Assembly (NCBI GenBank): GCA_963814365.1
Contig: CAWFCL010000005.1
Span: 68,219-132,218, forward strand
Source: an uncultured Actinomycetes bacterium
Lineage (GTDB): Bacteria > Actinomycetota > Thermoleophilia > RBG-16-64-13
Direction of reading: 5' to 3'
DNA: 64,000 nucleotides
The notes under the pieces were generated by a model that was not told the DNA's origin, did no database searches, and was given only the letters and a program-made list of their open reading frames with translations. This document shows, in pieces, positions 56,389-64,000 of the stretch. Every line of letters begins with the position of its first letter. Position 1 is the first letter of the stretch. The position numbers were made by a program, and so were the translations under genes.

Positions 56389-56894
56389 CAGCGAACCCTT
56401 ACCTGAAATACGGTCTCGCCGATCGCCACCCGGTCCCCGACCGCCAGCAGTACGGGCTCATGGATAGACCTGCCGTTCACCAGAGTCCCATTGGTGCTGC
56501 GCAGATCCTCGATCCACAGACCCGCGTCGTCCACCTCGAACAGCGCGTGCTTTGCAGACACGAAGGTGTCGTCCAACGAGATGTCCATGTCAGACGAGCG
56601 CCCGACAAGGGCTTGAGAGTTCTCCGGTAGCGCATAGGCAGCTCCGACCGGGATACAGGAACTCTTGATCACAGCCAGAATCAGCAGGCCGCCCTCGTTT
56701 GCCGGCGACCCACCCCCGGCCTGCTCGGGCTCCTGTTCTTCTGAGGTCGCACCGGGCATGCGCCAGCGCTGGTCGGTAGCCACCGGGGCCGCGAACCGCA
56801 GATCGCGGGTGCTGGAGCGCACGACACTGAATATGAAGAGGTACAGCAATAGCAGAAACGCTATCTTGCCTACCAGGAGAAGAGTCTCGGGCAT
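56388..56894 (-). CDS. fhaB: FHA-domain protein FhaB/FipA-like
   Basis: N-terminal TM. The C-terminal FHA domain reads GRS.D.DI.LDD.FVS..HA......G.W.EDL.STNGT.VNG. Confidence 0.85.
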   Translation of the reverse strand: MPETLLLVGKIAFLLLLYLFIFSVVRSSTRDLRFAAPVATDQRWRMPGATSEEQEPEQAGGGSPANEGGLLILAVIKSSCIPVGAAYALPENSQALVGRSSDMDISLDDTFVSAKHALFEVDDAGLWIEDLRSTNGTLVNGRSIHEPVLLAVGDRVAIGETVFQVRVR

Positions 56895-56914
56895 GGGGTC
56901 TAGCTCCCCGCGCT

Positions 56915-57973
56915 TTACTTAGGCGCCGCGGTTATGTGCGCGTTTCCGATGCGGATCACGTCTGATGGCCGGACCACTGTGCTGTCGACCGGATACCCAT
57001 TGACCATGGTCCCGTTGGTGGAGCCCAAGTCTTTCACCACTATGCTTCCCTCTGACCAGTAGATCACCGCATGGCGGCGCGAGACATCTCCGCTGTCGAT
57101 CTGCAGATCGGCGTCACGCGAACGCCCCACGACGGCCTTGCCTTGAGGGAACACCCGCTCCTGCCCATTGACCTTCAGCACCAGGGGTTCGGCAGCTGGA
57201 GCGACCGGGGCGGCGGCCACCGGTGTCTGGGCCGGCGGAGTCTGGAACGCCGGAGCTACAGGCGGCACCGCGGGGGGCATCGCGGGCGGCACCGCGGGGG
57301 GCATCGCGGGAGGCTGCTGAGCCACGCGGGGCGGCATCGCGGGTGGCGTTACAGGCGGCTGTTCTGGCATCCGAGGCGGCGCCAGAGGTACCAGCGGAGT
57401 GCCGGGCAGGGGCGGCGCGCCACCGCCCACCGCGGGGACCCCAGGTACGAAAGGCCCAGGCAGAGGCGGGGCCTGCCTTGAAGGCACAGGAGGTGCGCCA
57501 TAGCCGGGCCGCTCGGGCACATAGTCCTCTTTGTAGTCGTCGTCGTAGTCGATATCCCCGGGGACGTCCCATATGCTTCGCCCCTGAGACTCACGGACGC
57601 CGACGCGCGGACCGACTGAATCCATCTCTGCCCGCTCGGCCAACACTCCGAAGTACCCCGGCTTCAGATCGGGGTCCATTGTCAACTCGACGGTGATAGC
57701 CCCAGGGGTAGCGTATCGCCGGTTCTGCACATGTCTTTCCATGTGACTCTCTAGCTTGCTCACCAGCTGGTCGAGATGGCTTCGGAAGCGCGCGAAGTCC
57801 TCCCGGCATAAGAACACCGTGTACTGGTCGCGCACCCAGGTCTGCCCGCCTTGCGATGCTTTGGTCCCCTCAAGCTCCTTGATCAGCTTGCGGGCCAACT
57901 CGGCCGGCTCGACATATAGTTTGGACACCTTCTTGCCCGATGGATCACTTTTACGTGGCGACACCATCAGCAC
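56915..57973 (-). CDS. fhaA: DUF3662 + FHA domain protein FhaA
   Basis: N-terminal DUF3662-like region (YTVFL...DF..F), a Pro-rich linker and a C-terminal FHA domain (GRSRDADLQIDSGDVSRRHA...STNGT.VNG). Confidence 0.85.
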   Translation of the reverse strand: MLMVSPRKSDPSGKKVSKLYVEPAELARKLIKELEGTKASQGGQTWVRDQYTVFLCREDFARFRSHLDQLVSKLESHMERHVQNRRYATPGAITVELTMDPDLKPGYFGVLAERAEMDSVGPRVGVRESQGRSIWDVPGDIDYDDDYKEDYVPERPGYGAPPVPSRQAPPLPGPFVPGVPAVGGGAPPLPGTPLVPLAPPRMPEQPPVTPPAMPPRVAQQPPAMPPAVPPAMPPAVPPVAPAFQTPPAQTPVAAAPVAPAAEPLVLKVNGQERVFPQGKAVVGRSRDADLQIDSGDVSRRHAVIYWSEGSIVVKDLGSTNGTMVNGYPVDSTVVRPSDVIRIGNAHITAAPK

Positions 57974-57979
57974 TGCCTC

Positions 57980-59735
57980 CTAGAGGGATGCTCCACGCAC
58001 AGATGGAGTAAGAAAGCTCAGCAAAAACGTCATTATAGCGCAAGGCACATAGGCGATAAGCAAGTGCCCTATGTGTACGGGAGCCCCGAACAGCAGGATG
58101 GGGCCTAGTACCAATGCCAGTAGCAGTAGTACAAGGTAGACACTCATGCCCCAGAGCCGGGTGCTCGGAGTCCTGCCTATCCAGGTGTACAGCGGGAGAG
58201 AGAACAATGTGAATATGCCTACCTGCAAGGCCATCTCTGGGCGAGACTCGAAGAATCGGCCTATTTCCCTGAGTACGGCGAAAGGGGACCCGACATGGCC
58301 GGAGGCTGCCAATGTCTGGCCGGGACTCGGATTGAAGGTGTAGGGCAGCGTCCCCCAACCGGCTAGATTGCTGGCTACGGCAAGAACCAGACCACTCACA
58401 AACCCCGCGAGAGCGCCCCAGCGCCGCAACAGAGCCCCTGTGAGTGGCAACAGAGCCAGGCCCAAGTAGGCGCCCACCGCCAGCGGCACCGCGCCCGGCA
58501 ACAAGGCTGCCCACTCCTTGTGTCTCCACCGCAAGAGACCCATGGTGGGTATGACGATCACCAGGTAGAGCACACCCCAGCCGGCTCCGTACGCGAATAT
58601 GGGCGGCGCCATCAGGGCAAGAGCCAGCGTGCCGCCGGCGAATGGCCAGACCAATGAGATGAAAGCCGCCCCGACTATAAGTGGGATGACTGCCGAGGGG
58701 GGATAGAACGGCACCCGCGCCAACACGTAGACCAGAGAACACAGCGTCAGCCCCGCAGAGACCATGCGCCGCCCCATGAAGGCCAGGCGACTCCCCTCTA
58801 TGGCTGCCCCTGCGCCGCGTGGCCACACCTTCGTGACGAAGCGTTCTCCCGCACCAGAGGGATGTGTCTGTTTGACGCGCGCCTCTTTGGAGCCGGACCG
58901 CGAGCGACCCCCTCTCTCCAAGGGTAGTGAGTCGGCCACCTCGGTCAGCATACTTCCGAACGTAGCCGGATCGGGCCGCCTGTAACGATCGCGAGACATC
59001 CCCTTGCGTAGGAAGTCGCTCAGCTCGCGAGGCAGGTCTGGTCGAACGGCGAAGAGGGGCGGGATGTCGGGACGCGATGCGTCCGCCAGGAGTCCACGCA
59101 GCTTCTTGGCTTCTGATGGGTCCCTCCTGACAAAACCTTCGTACAGCGTAAGAGCGAGGGAGTAGACGTCGGTACGCGAGTCCACGTTCCTACACTCGGC
59201 CTGTTCGGGTGACATGTAGCCTATGGTGCCTATCATGTCCCCGGTCATCGTAATAGAAGCCCGGTCCTCGAGTTGAGCTACCCCAAAATCCATCAGACGC
59301 ACGTCGACCCCGTCCTCGTCGGTCAACATGATGTTCTCTGGCTTGATGTCTCGATGAACGATGCCACGCTTGTGCGCATGCTCTAGGGCTCGGCACAACT
59401 GCAACCCTATCTCCACCATCTCCGCATCTCCCAGCGAGCCGTCCCGATAGAGCTCACGCAGAGTCTTGCCCTTCACGTACTCGCTGATGAGCAAGGTGCG
59501 ATCCGCCTCGCGCACCATCTCGTAAATGGTGACTATGTTGTGGTGGCTGAGCTTCGCCGCCGCTTGTGCCTCACGGAGCACCCTGTCCTCGAAGTCCACA
59601 CTGTGATGCACGATCTTGACGGCCACGGGCCGCCCCATCTGCAGAGTCCTCGGCCAGGTAGACGGCGGCGAAGGCTCCCGTCCCAAGCATGCGGACGACT
59701 TTGTAACGACGGGGAAGAGAAGGTGTTTCGGCCAT
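57980..59735 (-). CDS. Ser/Thr protein kinase fused to a ~300-aa polytopic membrane domain; frame-disrupted at about 59642
   Basis: ATG 59735: MAETPSLPRRYKVVRMLGTGAFAAVYLAEDS (G-loop). Then a 1-nt offset, followed by QMGRPVAVKIV...HRDIKPENIM...DFG...GTIGYMSPE. The C-terminal half has 8-10 hydrophobic helices. Confidence 0.8.
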
Positions 59736-59772
59736 TAGCGAAGTATAACCAGCGACCCGGCGCCGCGCGGCG

Positions 59773-60543
59773 TCAGAGAAGCCCCAGCACTGTCACACCC
59801 ACGTTCCACAAGGTGTGTGCCACGACCAAGCGAGGCACCTTGCCGTTCGCCTGGAACGAGGTGCCCAGGACCAAGCCGAAGACCAAGATCATGATGGTGC
59901 TCACCAGGGGATAACCATGCATAGCCGCGAAGACCCCGGAGGCGACAAACACCGGGAGCATACGCTTGCTGCGCAGGACCTGGGTCAAGCGCGTCTGCGC
60001 GTAGACGCGAAAGACCAGCTCCTCGTGCAGACCGATGACAGGAGTGAAAAGTAGGAAGGCCACGATCGCGCGGTTCTTCATTGGCTCCGCGAATTGCGCG
60101 GGGTCATCGATCCCGAACACCACCGCCAGGAAACCGATCACCAGATCACAGCCGACGATGGCGAGGATCAACAGCAATCCCCATGCGAACTCCTTGACCC
60201 ATTCGCGGCCACCGCGAGGAAGCTTCCAGTCGAAGACGTCTCGCCTGCTGAGCAAGAGGATCACGAGCACACACCAGCCGACCCTCATCAGACCATCCGC
60301 CAAAAAATCAAGCACGGTGAAATCGCCTAATGCCGACTCGTAACCCGCCGCGAGATAAATCAGGTTGGGCACAGAGAACAGGAAAAAGATGGCGAGTAGC
60401 TCCAGCAGACGCTCACGCCTGCCGGCCCCTTGGTGGGACTCGAAGCCCTCGTATGGCCCGTTGTTCATAGACCCCCTGCCGGCCCGCAGTTGCCCGTGTC
60501 TAGTGCGCCATGATAGCGCAGCCGATGCTATACTCTCCGACAC
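59773..60543 (-). CDS. CPBP-family intramembrane glutamic endopeptidase (CAAX protease-like)
   Basis: HEELVFRVY, FAAMH and HTLWN motifs in a multi-TM protein. Confidence 0.8.
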   Translation of the reverse strand: MSESIASAALSWRTRHGQLRAGRGSMNNGPYEGFESHQGAGRRERLLELLAIFFLFSVPNLIYLAAGYESALGDFTVLDFLADGLMRVGWCVLVILLLSRRDVFDWKLPRGGREWVKEFAWGLLLILAIVGCDLVIGFLAVVFGIDDPAQFAEPMKNRAIVAFLLFTPVIGLHEELVFRVYAQTRLTQVLRSKRMLPVFVASGVFAAMHGYPLVSTIMILVFGLVLGTSFQANGKVPRLVVAHTLWNVGVTVLGLL

Positions 60544-60546
60544 TTC

Positions 60547-60633
60547 GGGCGAGTGGCGGAATTGGCAGACGCGCTAGGTTCAGGGTCTAGTGAGCTTACG
60601 CTCATGGGGGTTCAAGTCCCCCCTCGCCCACCA
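60547..60633 (+). tRNA. tRNA-Leu (anticodon CAG), CCA encoded
   Basis: GGGCGAG...CTAGG-TTCAGGG-TCTAG, a long variable arm, GGGGG-TTCAAGT-CCCCC-CTCGCCC-A-CCA. Confidence 0.95.
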
Positions 60634-60659
60634 TCATATCCACTTCGCAGTAAGGTCTT

Positions 60660-61811
60660 ATGGACTACGAGGACAGCCGCCAGAGTCGCCCTCGGCCGAG
60701 GCCAACAGATCGGAGCCGACCGAAGAGGGGCAGACTACCTAAGCCGATATTTCGCATCGGTGGTTTTGTGCTGGCGTTGGTGGTCCTGCTGCTGATAATC
60801 ATCTTTTCGGCTCGCGCCTGTGCGCGCAGTGGGGAACAAGAGGCCTACGAGACCTACATGGCCGAGGTGCAGAGAATCGTCGCCACCTCCGACGAAGTCG
60901 GGACTCAATTGACCGAACTGCTCCTGAACCCCGGCGATATCAGCCGCGCCGACGTCCAGACCCAGCTGGAAGACTACGTCAACCGATGCGCCACTCTGGA
61001 GCAACAGGCCAGCACGCTGAGCGCGCCCAAGTCTTTGCTCGCGGGCACCGCTCAACAGATCTTCGTGATGGTGATGCACTTCCGTTCGGCAGGCGTCAAT
61101 CAACTCAAGACCTACCTCATGAGTGCGCTCGAACTGGAGGACACTAGTGGCGCCGCGATCGCTGCCACTCCTGGAGGCACCACGACCACCACGGTCCCCT
61201 TGGACACCGGCTACGCAGCGGGCTCCACCGAACAGATCATGAACTCCCTACGCTTCTTGACCACCTCTGACTTCATCTACAAAGAAGTGTTCGAGGTCAA
61301 GGTGGCTGAGTTGTTGGCCGAGAGAAGGATAGGCGGGGTCACGGTGCCTACGAGCCAATTCATAGCGGACCCCGAGATCGCGACCAGCGCGCAGGTCACC
61401 AAGATCGTCACCGTCCTCAAGACCACGGGCAACCTAGAGGCCGTCCACGGAGTGGCCCTCAAGGCTGTCTTGGCCATGCCCGATAGCAAGCAGATCGTCC
61501 AGGGTGGGACATACGACCTCACCCAGAGCCAGAGTCTGTCCTTCGTGGTGACCGTGGAAAACCAAGGCAACATGGACGAGATCGGTGTGGCCGTGCAGGT
61601 CGAACTGATATCAAGTAGCTCCTCGCAGCCACCGGTTACGGCAAGGATAGCTACACTCAAAGCCAAAGCCACCGATACAGTGACTGTGGAGGGTCTGAGC
61701 CCAGCGGCTTATGGAGAGGTGGTCACGCTGAAGGTCACCGTAGTGCCGGTCAAGGACGAGCGTTACACAGACAACAACAGCATCACGGCCACGGTCGTTT
61801 TCAAGCTCTAG
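60660..61811 (+). CDS. Single-pass membrane protein with a C-terminal CARDB-like domain
   Basis: Arg/Pro-rich N-terminus and a TM segment (GGFVLALVVLLLIIIF). The C-terminus reads VTVENQGN....V.V......E.YTDNN. Confidence 0.6.
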   Translation: MDYEDSRQSRPRPRPTDRSRPKRGRLPKPIFRIGGFVLALVVLLLIIIFSARACARSGEQEAYETYMAEVQRIVATSDEVGTQLTELLLNPGDISRADVQTQLEDYVNRCATLEQQASTLSAPKSLLAGTAQQIFVMVMHFRSAGVNQLKTYLMSALELEDTSGAAIAATPGGTTTTTVPLDTGYAAGSTEQIMNSLRFLTTSDFIYKEVFEVKVAELLAERRIGGVTVPTSQFIADPEIATSAQVTKIVTVLKTTGNLEAVHGVALKAVLAMPDSKQIVQGGTYDLTQSQSLSFVVTVENQGNMDEIGVAVQVELISSSSSQPPVTARIATLKAKATDTVTVEGLSPAAYGEVVTLKVTVVPVKDERYTDNNSITATVVFKL

Positions 61812-61826
61812 AGTCTAGGAGTATCT

Positions 61827-62747
61827 GTGCAAGCAAACGATGTCTTCGCCGTACTGGCCATAGGCCTGTCCCTTATCGCCATCGCCGGGCTGGCGGTGGT
61901 GGGCGTGATGCTCAGAAGCTATCGACGCAACCAGCGCATCATCATGGGCTCGCGCGGCACGGTGGACGTCGCGGAGCACATGGCGATCGTGGACGACAAG
62001 CTGACCAACCTGCGCCTGGCTGTCGAAGACCTAGCCCTCACGGCCAGCGACCATGGAGTGCGTATCGACGGCACTCTGTCCCACGTGGGCATAGTGAGAT
62101 TCGACGCATACCGTGATCTTGGCGGACGGCAGAGCACGGCTGTGGCCTTTCTCAATTCCCGCAACGACGGAGTCGTCATAACCACGGTCGTCAGCCGGGA
62201 GTTCGCAAGAATGTACGTGAAGCTGGTCAAGGATGGTGTGGGCGATATCCCGCTGGCGCCGGAAGAGAACGAAGCTGTTCAGCAGGCACGTCGGGCTACC
62301 CCGTTCGTGATCAAGCCCATAGCGGAGGGTGGCGAAGACGCGGAGCCGGTTGCAGCGGACGTCGACACTTTCATGGAGAGCTCACCCATGGTGGCCAGTC
62401 TGCCCGGACCGTATGAGCACGAGGACGACGCGGTATTGCAGGCCGAGAGAGAGAACCGCATGCGTAAGCGAAAGGGCATGCCGCTGGTCGAACATAAGGG
62501 CCTCATGCCGTCCACCCAGGGTTGGAAGATACCCGAGACGCCCACGCCAGAGAACGTCAGCATGGCCGACCAGTTCCTGCAGCAGCGCAAGCAAGGCAAG
62601 CAGGGTCCAGATACTGGCGAGAGCCGATCCGTGGACGACCAAAGCGACGGCCAAGGCGACGAGTGGACCGCCGCGACGCTGCAGCGCCAAGACGACGATG
62701 GCTGGGGCTTCGATGAACCGGTCGATGACGACACTCATGAGTTGTGA
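61827..62747 (+). CDS. DUF4446 family protein with a long acidic C-terminal extension
   Basis: N-terminal TM, then VGIVRFDAYRDLGGRQSTAVAFLNSRNDGVVITTV. GTG start after AGGAG. Confidence 0.75.
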   Translation: MQANDVFAVLAIGLSLIAIAGLAVVGVMLRSYRRNQRIIMGSRGTVDVAEHMAIVDDKLTNLRLAVEDLALTASDHGVRIDGTLSHVGIVRFDAYRDLGGRQSTAVAFLNSRNDGVVITTVVSREFARMYVKLVKDGVGDIPLAPEENEAVQQARRATPFVIKPIAEGGEDAEPVAADVDTFMESSPMVASLPGPYEHEDDAVLQAERENRMRKRKGMPLVEHKGLMPSTQGWKIPETPTPENVSMADQFLQQRKQGKQGPDTGESRSVDDQSDGQGDEWTAATLQRQDDDGWGFDEPVDDDTHEL

Positions 62748-62799
62748 TCCGTCCAGGCCAGGCCTGAAGTCCTGGACAATATCGTCCTTGCCCACACCC

Positions 62800-63684
62800 A
62801 TGCCCCTTGCGGCCAAGACCATCGGTTTCTTGGGTCCCCCGGGCACTTTCTGCGAAGAAGCGCTGCGCTCCTCCATCGAAGAACAAGCCGGTGACGGCGG
62901 CCGGCGTGAGTTCCTGCCGTTCCCCTCGATGGGCGAGACCATCGAGGCAGTGTCGTCGGGCAGGGTCGATTGCGCGCTGGTGCCTATAGAGAATTCCATA
63001 GAAGGCTCGGTGTCGGCCACCATCGACATGCTCACCCATGGAGTGGACAACCTACAGATAATCAGAGAGATAACGCTGCCCATCTCGCAGTGTCTTATCA
63101 CTCGCCCTGGGCTGGCACTCGGCCAGATAACCAAGGTCATATCTATCCCGCATGCCTACTCGCAATGTCGCCTCTGGCTGCGTGAACACCTGCCGGGCTG
63201 CGAGGTAGAAGCGGCCAGCTCTACGGCTGCGGCAGCCGAACGGGTGGCGTCAAGCGAAGAGCCTTGGGCGGCCATAGGCAACAAGCTGGCCGCGGTCACG
63301 TACGGCTGCGACGTGCTGGAGTCTGACATCGAGGACCACGACGAGAACGAGACAAGGTTCGTGTTCCTGGCCAGACAGCGCGAGAAACAGAACCTCTTCG
63401 AGCCCTACAAGACCTCGATAGTGTGCGAGATCATCAAGGACCAACCCGGAGCGCTGTTGCTGATACTGCAGGAGTTCGCCTTCAGGCACGTCAACCTCAC
63501 CAAGATCGAATCAAGGCCGTCCAAGCGCCGCCTGGGTGACTACGTCTTTATAGTGGACATGGAGGGCAAAGTGGACGACCCCACCATAGCCGACGCTCTG
63601 CGATGTCTGTGCTGCAAGCTGCCTCGTCTGACGGTCTTGGGCAGCTACCCTGTGGGCAGACCGATGACAGGCGCCGGAGCCTAG
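62800..63684 (+). CDS. pheA: Prephenate dehydratase (PDT + ACT domains)
   Basis: IGFLGPPGTFCEEA...VPIENSIEGSV...TRFVFL...ESRPS. ATG 62800. The long upstream part of the ORF-track entry overlaps the previous gene. Confidence 0.9.
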   Translation: MPLAAKTIGFLGPPGTFCEEALRSSIEEQAGDGGRREFLPFPSMGETIEAVSSGRVDCALVPIENSIEGSVSATIDMLTHGVDNLQIIREITLPISQCLITRPGLALGQITKVISIPHAYSQCRLWLREHLPGCEVEAASSTAAAAERVASSEEPWAAIGNKLAAVTYGCDVLESDIEDHDENETRFVFLARQREKQNLFEPYKTSIVCEIIKDQPGALLLILQEFAFRHVNLTKIESRPSKRRLGDYVFIVDMEGKVDDPTIADALRCLCCKLPRLTVLGSYPVGRPMTGAGA

Positions 63685-63687
63685 CGA

Positions 63688-64000
63688 ATGCTGGACATAA
63701 AGCTCATACGCAGCGATCCCGACCTGGTGCATAACGCCCTTCGCCGTAGAGGGCCCAGAGCGGGCGAGACGCTCCAAGAACTGTTGACCCTCGACCGCGC
63801 GCGACGCGAACTACTGGTGCAGATCGAAGAACGGCGCAAACTGCGCAACACCGTGAGCGAAGAGATAGCGCAGCTCAAACGCACCAAGCAGGATGCCGAA
63901 GCCCAAATGGCGCACATGCGCGAGGTGGGCGACGAGATCAAGGAGTCCGAGGCCAAGCTCAAGGACGTTGAGGGCTCGCTCGAAGAGATCTTGTTGCAGG
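63688..64000 (+). CDS. serS: Serine--tRNA ligase (5' part; continues beyond the window)
   Basis: MLDIKLIRSDPDLV...LLTLDRARRELLVQIEERRKLRN.VSEEI is the N-terminal coiled-coil arm. Confidence 0.9.
   Translation, partial: MLDIKLIRSDPDLVHNALRRRGPRAGETLQELLTLDRARRELLVQIEERRKLRNTVSEEIAQLKRTKQDAEAQMAHMREVGDEIKESEAKLKDVEGSLEEILLQ

Noticed and set aside
57951-58826. A 291-aa alternative-frame ORF inside the kinase membrane domain, plus the Arg/Gly-rich ORFs at 57071-57696 inside fhaA
   Set aside because: The alternative frames have Arg/Gly/Ser-rich nonsense composition. The chosen frames carry kinase/TM and DUF3662/FHA features.

Overview
This is a 64-kb segment at roughly 60% G+C with an actinobacterial-type core. 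Core genes include the fhaA-fhaB-pstP-rodA-pbpA-pknB cluster, gatCAB, dnaG-rpoD, a dgt-like gene, ppdK, a fused glyQS, pheA-serS, an LCP gene, rmuC, cspA and two tRNAs. The metabolism looks anaerobic: a receiver + fused NuoE/NuoF + [FeFe]-hydrogenase operon, a membrane polyferredoxin and a radical-SAM enzyme. Accessory-looking patches are interleaved. (1) At 9.6-14 kb, a two-part module (cytoplasmic domain plus TM/ectodomain protein) is tandemly duplicated together with its upstream region, and is followed by two coupled small paralogs. (2) At 16.6-19 kb, an ECF sigma factor is flanked by two DUF5667-like paralogs. (3) At 19-21.3 kb lie a NifX-like protein, a polyferredoxin and small ORFs. (4) At 24.0-28.8 kb, four direct repeats derived from the 3' end of the adjacent tRNA-Val(CAC) divide the region into small cassettes (lipoproteins; MFS + Mop/TOBE + MoaE-like), next to a fluoride riboswitch-crcB unit and copA. 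At least nine otherwise intact genes carry single-nucleotide frame breaks or in-frame stops, including pbpA, copA, the LCP gene and a Ser/Thr kinase. I cannot tell consensus indel error from real decay using sequence alone. All calls come from reading the ORF translations and the nucleotide sequence by eye. No database search was run, so family names are recognition-based. Frameshift positions are good to about +/-5 nt.
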